This document shows positions 55,221-64,000 of a DNA stretch of 64,000 nucleotides, piece after piece; position 1 is the first letter of the stretch; every line of letters starts with the position of its first letter. The notes under the pieces are model-generated. The model was not told where the DNA came from. It saw nothing but the letters and a program-made list of their open reading frames with translations, and did no database searches. The DNA is from Dehalococcoidales bacterium. Its GTDB lineage: Bacteria > Chloroflexota > Dehalococcoidia > Dehalococcoidales > UBA1222. The translations under genes were made by a program, and so were the position numbers. The DNA lies in contig JAEESL010000002.1 of NCBI GenBank assembly GCA_016286345.1, positions 7,051 to 71,050 on the forward strand, given 5' to 3'.

Positions 55221-57046
55221 GTCTGTTCTTCGAACTGTGAGTTATACAGGCTTGCATAGAAGCCATTCTTTGCAAGCAGTTCTTCATGATTGCCAGTCTC
55301 AATTATGTCTCCGTCCTTCATTACAAGGATGATGTCAGCATTTTTGATGGTAGACAATCTGTGGGCGATCACAAAACTCGTACGGCCTTTCATGAGGTTT
55401 TCCATTGCAGTCTGGATCAAATGCTCAGTTCGGGTATCAACGGATGAAGTGGCTTCATCAAGGATTAGAATAGGGCAGTCTGCCAGAATGGCCCTGGCTA
55501 TTGTAAGCAGCTGACGCTGACCCTGGGAAACATTATCTGCTTCTTCGTTGAGTTCCATATTGTATCCGCCGGGAAGAGCACGAATGAAATGATCTGCTCT
55601 GGCGGCATCTGCGGCATTTATCACTTCTTCGTCAGTGGCATCCAGCTTGCCATAACGGATATTCTCCATAATAGTGCCTTTAAACAGCCACGTATTCTGA
55701 AGCACCATTGCGATTCCTTCTCTGAGATCGCCTCTGGCGTAGGACTGAATAGGATGTCCTCCGATCCTTATTTCTCCGCTGTTAACGTCATAAAAACGCA
55801 TAAGAAGCTTGACTATAGTTGTTTTACCTGCACCCGTCGGACCGACTATGGCAACCATCTGTCCGGGTTTAACATCAAGATTGAAATCGTGAATTACAGG
55901 CTTATCCTTTTCATAGCCGAAACGAACATGGTCAAATTCGATATGACCATTCATTTCACCGGCAGGAACAGGGTTCGCCACATCAGGAACATCTTCTTCG
56001 CTTGCAAGGAACTCAAAAACTCTTTCTGCAGCTGCAGTCATTGACTGAAGCATATTTGATACCTGGGCAAGCTGTGATATCGGCTGAGTAAACTGTTTGA
56101 CGTACTGGATAAAAGCAACGATGTCACCAACCATAATGGTTCCTCTGGCAGCCAGCATAGCTCCTGAGATAGCAACAGCAACATAACCGAGATTGCTTAC
56201 AAAATTAAGTATCGGCATCATGATGCTTGAGAAGAACTGACTCTTCCAGGCCGATTCAAACAGAATATTGTTGGTCTTCTTGAATGATTCAAGTTCAGCC
56301 TCTTCTCTGTTGAAGGCCTTGACAATATTATGGGCTGAGAAAGTCTCTTCGATCTGCCCGTCAATAGCACCAAGGTACTTCTGCTGGGCAATGAAGTATT
56401 TCTGGGAACTCTTTATGATGACAGCAACAAGTATTGCCGATATCGGAAGAATAACAATTGTAATGAGTGTCATAAGCGGTGATATAGACAGCATCATGAC
56501 AACGACACCGACAACCGTGCACAATGAAGTAATAAACTGTGTGATGGCCTGGTTAAGCCCGTGTCCAAGGGTGTCAACATCATTTGTAATTCGTGATAAC
56601 ACATCTCCGATCTTATTTGATTCGAAATAGGATACCGGCATACGGTTGATCTTCCTGGAAATGTCTTTTCTCAAACGGAAGCACATCTTCTGTGATACGG
56701 TCGCCATAATCCATCCCTGGATGAATCCGAACAAACTGCTGATGCCGTACAGTCCGAGCAATGTGAGAAGTATGGTTCCAATCCTGTTGAAATCTATCGA
56801 ACCGGTACCTTTGATCTTAGCGATAAGACCATTGAAAAGCTCAGTTGTGGCATTACCGAGGATCTTGGGTCCGATAACGTTGAATACCGTAGATCCGATT
56901 GCAAAGATCATCACAGCCAAAATGGCAAATCTGTAATTGCCAAGGTATTTAAGAAGATTCTTTACAGTACCCTTGAAATTCTTGGGTTTCTCTGCCGGAA
57001 CTCCCGGACCATGACGCATAGGACGGCGACTTCTTGCTTCAGCCAT
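55217..57046 (-). CDS. ABC exporter half-transporter (TMD-NBD), consensus-site catalytic subunit of a heterodimer
   Basis: 609 aa, 6 TM segments. Walker A GPTGAGKTT and Walker B plus catalytic Glu ILILDEATSSVD, but a deviant signature VSQGQRQ. Confidence 0.9.
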   Translation of the reverse strand: MAEARSRRPMRHGPGVPAEKPKNFKGTVKNLLKYLGNYRFAILAVMIFAIGSTVFNVIGPKILGNATTELFNGLIAKIKGTGSIDFNRIGTILLTLLGLYGISSLFGFIQGWIMATVSQKMCFRLRKDISRKINRMPVSYFESNKIGDVLSRITNDVDTLGHGLNQAITQFITSLCTVVGVVVMMLSISPLMTLITIVILPISAILVAVIIKSSQKYFIAQQKYLGAIDGQIEETFSAHNIVKAFNREEAELESFKKTNNILFESAWKSQFFSSIMMPILNFVSNLGYVAVAISGAMLAARGTIMVGDIVAFIQYVKQFTQPISQLAQVSNMLQSMTAAAERVFEFLASEEDVPDVANPVPAGEMNGHIEFDHVRFGYEKDKPVIHDFNLDVKPGQMVAIVGPTGAGKTTIVKLLMRFYDVNSGEIRIGGHPIQSYARGDLREGIAMVLQNTWLFKGTIMENIRYGKLDATDEEVINAADAARADHFIRALPGGYNMELNEEADNVSQGQRQLLTIARAILADCPILILDEATSSVDTRTEHLIQTAMENLMKGRTSFVIAHRLSTIKNADIILVMKDGDIIETGNHEELLAKNGFYASLYNSQFEEQT

Positions 57047-59205
57047 TAAGAAGCACCTCCTACCATATCAAGTTCAGCAACAGAAAGCTGACTTTCAGCG
57101 ATTTCCCTGTAGGTCTTGCAGGTCTTCAGCAGATGCTGATGAGTACCTTCCCCGACGATCTTTCCTTCATCCATACATATGATCTTATCGGCATGGAGAA
57201 TAGTGGCGATCCTCTGGGCAACAATGATCACGGTGGAGTCACCGGTATATTTCTTCAGTTCCGTTCTCAGTTTCACATCTGTCTTGTAATCAAGTGCAGA
57301 AAATGCATCATCGAACAGATAGATCTTCGGATGCCTGGCAATTGCTCTGGCTATAGATAATCTCTGACTCTGTCCGCCCGATACATTAGCACCTTTCTGT
57401 GAGATGGGTGACTCAATACCCTGGGGCATAGCATTTACAAAATCCTCTGCCTGGGCAATGGAAAGAGCTTCCTTTATATCGGCATCCGTAACTTCATCGG
57501 AAGCATATTTGATATTGCTTTCAACCGTCCCGGAGAACAGCATACTTTTCTGAGGAACATATCCGATCTGATCACGCAAAGTTTTCTGTGTCAGATCCCG
57601 TATGTCCACCCCGTCCAGGGTTATCTGTCCACCGGTCACATCAAAGAATCTGGGAATGAGATTTATCAATGTAGTCTTGCCGCATCCTGTGGACCCGATA
57701 ATTGCAGTGACCTTTCCCGGTTCAGCAGTAAAACTGATATCATCCACGGCATTGCTCAAAGCATCGGGATAGGCAAAATCAACATGATCAAATACAAGCC
57801 GACCTTTACAGTCTTTGATCTTATCGTCCTGAGGATCATCCGGATCAGAAATAGCTATCTTGCTGTTCATGACATCTGCAATACGATCGGCTGCAACAAC
57901 AGCTCTCGGAAGCATGACGGAAATCATCGTCAGCATAAAGAAACTCATTACGATGACCATGGCATATGTAACGAATGCCGTGAGGTCTCCGACCTGGATT
58001 GTTCCTACATCGACTTTGCCTGCACCGACCCACACGATGAGCACAGACAGACCATTCATGATGATCATCATTATCGGGAACATGAATGTCATTGTCCTGT
58101 TAGTGAAAAGCTGCGTCTTGTAAAGATTAGTGTTGGCTTCTTCAAAACGATCCTCTTCATATTTTTCCCTGTGGAATGCACGGATAGGCATAATGCCGGA
58201 AAGAATTTCCCTGGAAACAAGATTCAGTTTATCGATAAGCGTCTGCATTATCTTGAATTTCGGCATTGCGACCGCAACCAAAATTCCGACCAGGGCTGAC
58301 AATGCGGCAACACCCACTACAACGATCCAGCCCATTCCGGCACCGGTCTGAACAACTCTGATAATACCGAAAATAGCCAGAATAGGGGCATATGACACCA
58401 TGGTCAGCAGGAGAACTGTGACCATCTGAACAAGCTGTATATCATTTGTGGAACGGGTTATAAGAGAGGCGGTCGAAAACTTTTCCATTTCAGAAGAAGT
58501 AAATTTCATAACCTTTGTATAAAGTTCTTCCCTGATCCTTCGTCCGATGCCGGCAGATGTTCTTGCAGCCAGCAGTCTTGTAAGAATTGCAGCAATCGAC
58601 ATGACAAGGGTAACAAGCAGCATCATTCCGCCGATTTTGAACAGATACTTATTCTGAATCTTGCTCAGATCAATACCCTGAGCAGAATATTCCTGTGAAA
58701 CATAACTGACAGCTATCTGGTTCAGATAATTAGCATCAAGCTCTTCATATTCAGCCAGCATGGAATTGATCTGTCCGCGCAGCTGTTCTCTGGTCATCGC
58801 ACCGGATGCCAAAGCCATCTTCACGTCCTGCAGAGAGATCCCCATCTCAGGCACGTTCTGCAACTGGTAAACAATGCTTTCAGGAAGCAGTAATACAGAT
58901 TCAACTTTGCTGATGTCCACATCTTTTTTCAGCGAACGGATACCATTGGGATCAGCAACACCGAAAGAACCCTCTACAATCGTGATCTCATCATCTGTCA
59001 TAAACACATACAGATCATCGAGAGATGACTGTCTGATAGTTTCAGGAACCGGACTCTCAATACCGTTCTGCTGGAAACCAACGTTGATAATATCACTTGT
59101 ATATTTGGGAAGGGACAGATCGCAGTACGCCTGAACAATCAGGATAATGACGATACCGATCACTATCGGCTCAGATCCCTTCAGAAAACGCAGTATATTT
59201 CTCAA
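57046..59205 (-). CDS. ABC exporter half-transporter (TMD-NBD) with degenerate Walker B and a roughly 150-aa insert between TM1 and TM2
   Basis: 719 aa. Walker A GSTGCGKTT and a canonical signature VSGGQSQR. The Walker B region is IYLFDDAFSALD, with Asp replacing the catalytic Glu. There is a long hydrophilic segment between residues about 35 and 185. Confidence 0.9.
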   Translation of the reverse strand: MRNILRFLKGSEPIVIGIVIILIVQAYCDLSLPKYTSDIINVGFQQNGIESPVPETIRQSSLDDLYVFMTDDEITIVEGSFGVADPNGIRSLKKDVDISKVESVLLLPESIVYQLQNVPEMGISLQDVKMALASGAMTREQLRGQINSMLAEYEELDANYLNQIAVSYVSQEYSAQGIDLSKIQNKYLFKIGGMMLLVTLVMSIAAILTRLLAARTSAGIGRRIREELYTKVMKFTSSEMEKFSTASLITRSTNDIQLVQMVTVLLLTMVSYAPILAIFGIIRVVQTGAGMGWIVVVGVAALSALVGILVAVAMPKFKIMQTLIDKLNLVSREILSGIMPIRAFHREKYEEDRFEEANTNLYKTQLFTNRTMTFMFPIMMIIMNGLSVLIVWVGAGKVDVGTIQVGDLTAFVTYAMVIVMSFFMLTMISVMLPRAVVAADRIADVMNSKIAISDPDDPQDDKIKDCKGRLVFDHVDFAYPDALSNAVDDISFTAEPGKVTAIIGSTGCGKTTLINLIPRFFDVTGGQITLDGVDIRDLTQKTLRDQIGYVPQKSMLFSGTVESNIKYASDEVTDADIKEALSIAQAEDFVNAMPQGIESPISQKGANVSGGQSQRLSIARAIARHPKIYLFDDAFSALDYKTDVKLRTELKKYTGDSTVIIVAQRIATILHADKIICMDEGKIVGEGTHQHLLKTCKTYREIAESQLSVAELDMVGGAS

Positions 59206-59299
59206 ATAGTACTTCCTTCGTCCTGTAAACAGTAAAAGCTTACAGAATTAATACCCTATAAAAATACATTTGAGCATATTGAGACTGAACTTGTAAATC

Positions 59300-59950
59300 T
59301 TACAGATCGATCTTTTCAAAATTTCTCTCGGAAGAATTCATTGAAATCAATGTCTGAACAACATAAATAACGATTCCAAAGAGTAATACAAATGCCTGTA
59401 TGAGACTTGTTCCGGAAGTACTGTTCAATGCTTCCATTCCGGGAAGATGATGCAGCATTTCCCCGACACCGATCAATAAGAAGCCAGCTATGCAGAAGAT
59501 GATGAACGGCTTGCCGATCCTGTAAGCAGTCTTAAAAAAGCCTTTCATAAAGCAGGTGTTGAAAACGGCAAAAACAAGAAGAAGGAATCCCAGATAAAAC
59601 AGGTTTGCATTCATCATCTGATTGACCAGATATACCTTTGCTTCACTTAATAAAGTCATTCTCAGAACAGTAAACAATGCACTCAACACGAATGAAATCA
59701 TCTGGATAATAATGACAAATGCATATTTTGCTTTCACCACATCTTTTTTTCTGATAGGAAGAAGAGCCGAGAAGGTTATATCATCGTATTCAACGGCCTG
59801 CTGATAAGTAAAGAAAATACCAAGACAGACAAAAAAGCCTCCGACAAGAATAGGGTACCCCGGAAGGAATGTCATAAAAGAAAACAGAATAAACCAGTAG
59901 CTGAGAGGACTTGCGGTAAGTTTCATTTCTTTTTTCAGAAGTTTGCCCAT
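59300..59950 (-). CDS. ABC-2 type transporter permease
   Basis: 216 aa, about 6 TM segments. The start of the N-terminus (MGKLLKKEMKLTASPLSYW) is typical of small ABC-2 permeases paired with an upstream ATPase. Its ATG overlaps the ATPase stop. Confidence 0.65.
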   Translation of the reverse strand: MGKLLKKEMKLTASPLSYWFILFSFMTFLPGYPILVGGFFVCLGIFFTYQQAVEYDDITFSALLPIRKKDVVKAKYAFVIIIQMISFVLSALFTVLRMTLLSEAKVYLVNQMMNANLFYLGFLLLVFAVFNTCFMKGFFKTAYRIGKPFIIFCIAGFLLIGVGEMLHHLPGMEALNSTSGTSLIQAFVLLFGIVIYVVQTLISMNSSERNFEKIDL

Positions 59951-60684
59951 TACAGTACAACCTCCTCTTTTTCAATGAATACCATGATCTCTTCGAGCGA
60001 GGGCACTTTACCCATACTCTCTGTATAAGAACGGATAAACTCGCTTTTATTACCGGAGAACATCAACTCTCCATTCTTGATATATGTAATTGAATCTGCA
60101 CATCTGTCCAGATCGCTGGTGATATGAGTTGAGAAAAGGATCGCAACTCCTTTCTGTGCAAGTTTTGTAAAAATATCAGTTATTTCTTCGCGGGAAACCG
60201 GATCCAGACCACTGGTAGGTTCATCCAGAATGAGGAGCTTTGCATGATGAGACAGTGCAAGAGTCAGATAGAATTTCACTTTCATTCCAGATGACAATTC
60301 CTTCAGCTTTTTGTTTTCATCAAGCTTGAAAGCATTGAGATAGTGCTTATATTCACTGTCATCCCAGTTTTCATAGAACATCTTGGTGACAGCAACGATA
60401 TCGCATATTCTTTTACGATTGTAGTAACTGACGCCTCCGACGGCATATCCGATCTGCTGCTTGATCACATCTTCATTTTCCATGAAATCCAGACCGAAAA
60501 CGCGGACACTGCCTGCATCAGGATGAACAAGATTGAGAATGGATTTCAGAGTCGTGGTCTTTCCGGCACCGTTTCTGCCGACAAACCCCATGACCATTCC
60601 CGGATCAACATGAAAACCAACTGACTTCAACTCGAATGAAGGGTATTTTTTAGACAGCCCTTTAACTTCAAGAACGGATTCCAT
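59950..60684 (-). CDS. ABC transporter ATP-binding protein
   Basis: Start moved to ATG 60684 (MESVLEVKGLSK) with GGAGGAAAA upstream. Walker A GRNGAGKTT, signature LSSGMKVK and Walker B LLILDEPTSGLD. Confidence 0.9.
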   Translation of the reverse strand: MESVLEVKGLSKKYPSFELKSVGFHVDPGMVMGFVGRNGAGKTTTLKSILNLVHPDAGSVRVFGLDFMENEDVIKQQIGYAVGGVSYYNRKRICDIVAVTKMFYENWDDSEYKHYLNAFKLDENKKLKELSSGMKVKFYLTLALSHHAKLLILDEPTSGLDPVSREEITDIFTKLAQKGVAILFSTHITSDLDRCADSITYIKNGELMFSGNKSEFIRSYTESMGKVPSLEEIMVFIEKEEVVL

Positions 60685-60688
60685 AGTG

Positions 60689-60892
60689 CTATTTTCCTCC
60701 GAAAACATGAGATGACAGCAAATCAACCGATGATTTAGGGGGAATCGCTATACCAAGTTGTTCATCACCCAAAAGAAGAAGGGTGTCTCCCGGTTTGATA
60801 TCGAATATCTCTCTGGCCTGTTTGGGAATAACGATCTGACCTTTCTCTCCCACAGTTGCAGTCCATGCGTATTTTCCTTTAGGTGCGTTCAT
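60689..60892 (-). CDS. AbrB/MazE/SpoVT-family DNA-binding protein
   Basis: Start moved to ATG 60892 (MNAPKGKYAWTATVGEKGQIVIPKQAREIFDIKPGDTLLLLGD), preceded by GGAGG. It has the SpoVT-AbrB swapped-hairpin signature. Confidence 0.8.
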   Translation of the reverse strand: MNAPKGKYAWTATVGEKGQIVIPKQAREIFDIKPGDTLLLLGDEQLGIAIPPKSSVDLLSSHVFGGK

Positions 60893-60913
60893 AGCGCTTA
60901 CCTCCGCAATCAA

Positions 60914-60940
60914 GTATAACAAGTATGTTTTGTATAACAA
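60914..60940 (-). promoter_or_regulatory. direct repeat TTGTTATAC x2 (18-bp period) overlapping the predicted transcription start of the abrB-like operon; candidate operator
   Basis: Plus-strand GTATAACAA occurs at 60914..60922 and 60932..60940, between the -10 box and the RBS. Confidence 0.4.
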
Positions 60941-60968
60941 ATTATACTTTTTGTCTTATCAATGTCAA
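60941..60968 (-). promoter_or_regulatory. consensus sigma-70 promoter of the abrB-like/ABC operon
   Basis: Minus strand reads TTGACA (60968..60963), a 16-nt spacer, then TATAAT (60946..60941). Both hexamers match the consensus perfectly. Confidence 0.65.
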
Positions 60969-60969
60969 C

Positions 60970-60997
60970 AAAAAAGGCATCCGTTTTTTCGGATGCC
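60970..60997 (-). terminator. intrinsic terminator of the TatA-like membrane protein gene
   Basis: Minus strand reads GGCATCCG-aaaaaa-CGGATGCC followed by TTTTTT, 31 nt after the stop at 61028. Confidence 0.8.
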
Positions 60998-61027
60998 ATG
61001 AATGCGTAAGGATTTACGTAAGAGCAG

Positions 61028-61441
61028 TTATTTCTTCTTCAGGACAAAAAGCATTATGAGAGATACAACGCCTATACCTGCGATCAGACCGCCGGCAATA
61101 TAGAAAAGAATGGCATACTTGGATAATTCAGGGAAATAAATTGTCGCCAGAATAAGAATGACACCGATAAAAGTGAATGCGATTCCCGCGTATTTCAATG
61201 TCTTGGTAGGATCAGCTTCATCTTTGTTATTCTTCTTGGCATCTGTCGACGAAATCACGACTGAAGGGGATTCGGACGTTGCTTTTGAAGAAGATGTCGT
61301 AACCTTTGAAGCAGCAGGAGCTGATTTGACCTGTCCCTTCTGCTGTTTTCTTTTCTGATTGATAAATTTAAGTCCTCTTGTGCCAAAGAGAATGGCCAGA
61401 AGCGCAAGGATGATGAGTAATTCCGGTAAACCAAACTGCAT
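61028..61441 (-). CDS. membrane protein with TatA-like N-terminal anchor, S/T/K-rich linker and two C-terminal TM segments
   Basis: The N-terminus (MQFGLPELLIILALLAILFGTRGL) mirrors the TatA copies at 33 kb (PELLIILLIIFVIFGAGKL), but the amphipathic helix is replaced by a K/Q/S/T-rich linker and two further TM helices. Confidence 0.55.
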   Translation of the reverse strand: MQFGLPELLIILALLAILFGTRGLKFINQKRKQQKGQVKSAPAASKVTTSSSKATSESPSVVISSTDAKKNNKDEADPTKTLKYAGIAFTFIGVILILATIYFPELSKYAILFYIAGGLIAGIGVVSLIMLFVLKKK

Positions 61442-61621
61442 ATTATTCTTACCTTTTCGAAAGATTTTTACATAACGAATTCTTAATTATTATAAACCTT
61501 AAATTAATGACCGTACACACCGATATAATAAAGTTTGTGAAACAATAAAGAAAGGCTGAAGAATACGACCGATTATTGTCTATTACATAGGGTTGAATTA
61601 AAATAATCGTGGTAATTAGTC

Positions 61622-62212
61622 ATGAAAATTGTTGGAGTTACAGGTTTAATCGGCAGCGGTAAAAGTACCGTTTGCAAGATGATGATCGATTTCGGCGCCA
61701 AGTACATCAACGCAGATGAAATCGGACATAATATTTATTTACCTAACACACCCGGATATGATGCCGTAATAGCTGCTTTCGGCGACAGCATCATTGATTT
61801 CAGGAATGACCTTATCAACCGCAAGAAATTGAGCAACATTGTTTTCGAAGATTACGATAAGCTCAAGATCCTCAACAAGATCACCCATCCTTTGATCGAA
61901 GAGCAGATAAAAGAAAAACTCAGCCAGTACAAATCCGAAGGAGCCGATGTCGTGGCTTTGGAAGCGGCGTTGCTCATCGATGCAAAATACGAAAAGATCG
62001 TAGACCGGGTATGGCTTACAACTGCTCCGATCGATGTTATTGTTGAAAGACTCCGAAAATCCCGTGGAATGACAAGAGCAGATGTAATGAGACGTATCAA
62101 CGCCCAGCTTCCGATCGGAGAACTCAGGGAGCATGCCGATGATGTTATATCGACAGCCAATCCCATCAATGTAGTTTTCGAGCGCGTCAAATATCTTTAC
62201 GAACACATTTAA
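61622..62212 (+). CDS. coaE: dephospho-CoA kinase
   Basis: MKIVGVTGLIGSGKSTV P-loop, 196 aa, typical CoaE layout. Confidence 0.9.
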   Translation: MKIVGVTGLIGSGKSTVCKMMIDFGAKYINADEIGHNIYLPNTPGYDAVIAAFGDSIIDFRNDLINRKKLSNIVFEDYDKLKILNKITHPLIEEQIKEKLSQYKSEGADVVALEAALLIDAKYEKIVDRVWLTTAPIDVIVERLRKSRGMTRADVMRRINAQLPIGELREHADDVISTANPINVVFERVKYLYEHI

Positions 62213-62228
62213 TGCTAGAATATCCCCT

Positions 62229-62732
62229 ATGAATAACTCTCTTGCAAAAAGATATGTATTATTTTGGCTGATTTCCATTGTGTCAGTTGTAATAGATCAG
62301 CTTTCAAAGGCATGGATATCATCACATCTCGCAATAGGCCAGAACATTCATCTGTTTGGGATTTTAAACGTCACACACATCCATAACACCGGTGCCGCAT
62401 GGGGCATGTTCAACAACAGCACCATGGTCCTTACTGTTTTCTCTGTTATCGCCGCACTTGCGTTCCTTATCTTTTTCCTTTTCTTCTCGCACAGAATTGC
62501 TTATATGAATACGACCTCATTTACAGTCTGTTTTGCAATGATCTTCAGCGGAACAGTAGGGAACCTGATCGACCGTGCTGTCAACAAATACGTGGTGGAT
62601 TTTATCAGTGTCGGAAATTTCCCGGTATTCAACGTGGCCGATTCATATATTGTCTGCGGCTGTATCCTCCTGGCAATACTTCTCATTTTCGTCGTCAAAG
62701 ACAGTGATGAAAACAAAAAGGATGAGAGCTGA
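62229..62732 (+). CDS. lspA: lipoprotein signal peptidase II
   Basis: DQLSKAW, NTGAAWG and FPVFNVADSYI motifs. 167 aa, 4 TM segments. Confidence 0.9.
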   Translation: MNNSLAKRYVLFWLISIVSVVIDQLSKAWISSHLAIGQNIHLFGILNVTHIHNTGAAWGMFNNSTMVLTVFSVIAALAFLIFFLFFSHRIAYMNTTSFTVCFAMIFSGTVGNLIDRAVNKYVVDFISVGNFPVFNVADSYIVCGCILLAILLIFVVKDSDENKKDES

Positions 62733-63640
62733 TGTATTCAGTCGTTGTTGCAGAAGAAGACGCCGAACAACGAATCGATAAATATCTGGCAGACTATTTT
62801 GTTGAATTTACCCGCAGCTACATCCAGAAACTGATAAAAACAGACCATATCATCGTCAACGGAAAACCCATCAAGGCCAGCTACATCATCCGTGAAGATG
62901 ATGTTATTTCAATTACAGAACCGGAAGCAGAACCAAGCCCGCTTACTCCTGAGGATATTCCTCTGGACATAGTCTTTGAAGATGACGATATCATTGCAGT
63001 CAATAAACCTCCGTTCATGCCTACTCATCCGGCAGTAGGACACAGAACAGGGACCCTGGTCAATGCCCTCCTATGGCACCTGCCTGACCTTCCTGATTCA
63101 TCGGCACCCGAGAGGCCGGGAATCGTTCACAGACTGGATATGAATACTTCGGGAATAATTCTGGTGGCCAAGACAAGAACCGCCCTCAATTATCTGAATC
63201 AGCAGTTTCAGGACCGGCTCATCCATAAGAAATACTGGGCTCTTTCACTGGGGAAGATCAACGATAAGCAGTTCATCGTGGATGCTCCCATAGGACGAAA
63301 TCCCCAGAACAGACAGAAAATGTGTATCAATTATGAAAACGGCAGGGAAGCAAGGACTGAATTTGAAGTCCTGCAGACCATTCCGGGGTATACATTCCTT
63401 GAGGCAAGACCCCAAACCGGAAGAACTCATCAGATAAGAGTTCACCTGGCATCACTGGGGCATCCGATCGTTGCAGACGAGACTTACGGAAAGAAGAATG
63501 AACTGTTCCCGAGACAGTTCCTTCATGCGCATTCAATTACCTTTACACATCCTGTGACAAATGCACCTATAACGCTTGAAACAAAAATGCCCTATGATCT
63601 CGCATCAGGCATGAAGCAGTTAGGTTTCGATCTGATCTGA
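62732..63640 (+). CDS. rluD: RluA-family 23S rRNA pseudouridine synthase (RluD-like) with N-terminal S4 domain
   Basis: S4 domain (RIDKYLAD...VNGK) and the catalytic motif GIVHRLDMNTSGIILVAK. Conserved lspA-rluD synteny. Confidence 0.9.
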   Translation: MYSVVVAEEDAEQRIDKYLADYFVEFTRSYIQKLIKTDHIIVNGKPIKASYIIREDDVISITEPEAEPSPLTPEDIPLDIVFEDDDIIAVNKPPFMPTHPAVGHRTGTLVNALLWHLPDLPDSSAPERPGIVHRLDMNTSGIILVAKTRTALNYLNQQFQDRLIHKKYWALSLGKINDKQFIVDAPIGRNPQNRQKMCINYENGREARTEFEVLQTIPGYTFLEARPQTGRTHQIRVHLASLGHPIVADETYGKKNELFPRQFLHAHSITFTHPVTNAPITLETKMPYDLASGMKQLGFDLI

Positions 63641-63664
63641 AAAAGAGTACTGTTTTCTATTTGA

Positions 63665-63991
63665 TTACCAGGAATTATCGGATTCCGATTCTGATATCTT
63701 TTCGCCTCTTAACGCATAAAACATTTCTATGACCTTTTTCAGCAGGGCATTGTCATCGTCGGAGAAGACTTTGTATTGGGAGAATCCATAGCTTTCATAC
63801 CTGCTTCCGCCGACAGCAGAACAGTCGAATACGATTCCATATGAACGGGGGCTGTAATCATAAACAAACATGTCACTGTCAGGACGATTTGATAAGTCTA
63901 TTAAATTCTTTTCCTTGATGAATGACTCGAATTCTGCCACAGCATCAGCCGATACTCTATATGTTGTAAGCATCATCGGAGACGAATGCAT
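63665..63991 (-). CDS. hypothetical protein
   Basis: 108-aa ORF with no recognisable motif. The start is uncertain (several Met near the N-terminus). Confidence 0.35.
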   Translation of the reverse strand: MHSSPMMLTTYRVSADAVAEFESFIKEKNLIDLSNRPDSDMFVYDYSPRSYGIVFDCSAVGGSRYESYGFSQYKVFSDDDNALLKKVIEMFYALRGEKISESESDNSW

Positions 63992-64000
63992 ATCACGGTT

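Overview
Gene-dense, moderately AT-rich window that looks like core chromosome of an anaerobic bacterium. I call about 75 CDS, 2 tRNAs, one cobalamin riboswitch, a CIRCE-like heat-shock operator and several intrinsic terminators. I found no rRNA, CRISPR array, transposase, integrase or prophage genes.

Housekeeping content:
- alaS (partial), holA, rho, fsa/tal, pyrG, ychF
- recA-recX-rny-ymdB, plsY, groES-groL
- coaE-lspA-rluD, folP-folK
- a tatA/tatA/tatB/tatC cluster
- a riboswitch-controlled B12 uptake and lower-ligand salvage operon (btuFCD-cobT-cobU-cobS-cobU'-cobC)

The combination of B12 salvage, several Tat paralogs, a homocitrate/Re-citrate-synthase-like gene and the GroEL/RecA sequence flavour suggests a Dehalococcoidia-like (Chloroflexota) or related anaerobe. 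This is inference only and needs BLAST.

The stand-out locus is an insulated three-gene minus-strand operon at about 9.2-11.2 kb.
- Two tandem paralogous small proteins (131 and 116 aa) carry 2-3 copies of a (C-x0-2)-V/T-Y-A-G-P-D-aromatic-aromatic motif, a YPEN motif and a C-terminal CxxC...CxxC zinc ribbon.
- They are followed by, and translationally coupled to, a radical SAM enzyme with a complete SPASM domain.
- There is no RRE domain, protease or exporter.
- I do not recognise the repeat as any named RiPP or protein-modification family, so I flag it as the candidate undescribed system.

Secondary observations:
- a truncated CobU paralog inside the cob operon
- a FolK-PTPS fusion that probably replaces FolB
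- a TatA-like N-terminus grafted onto an unrelated membrane protein
- a long low-complexity N-terminal extension on Rho
- a divergent macro-HTH protein paired with a small vWA protein
- a heterodimeric ABC exporter with one degenerate ATP site and a large extracytoplasmic insert
- a consensus promoter with direct repeats in front of an AbrB-ABC module
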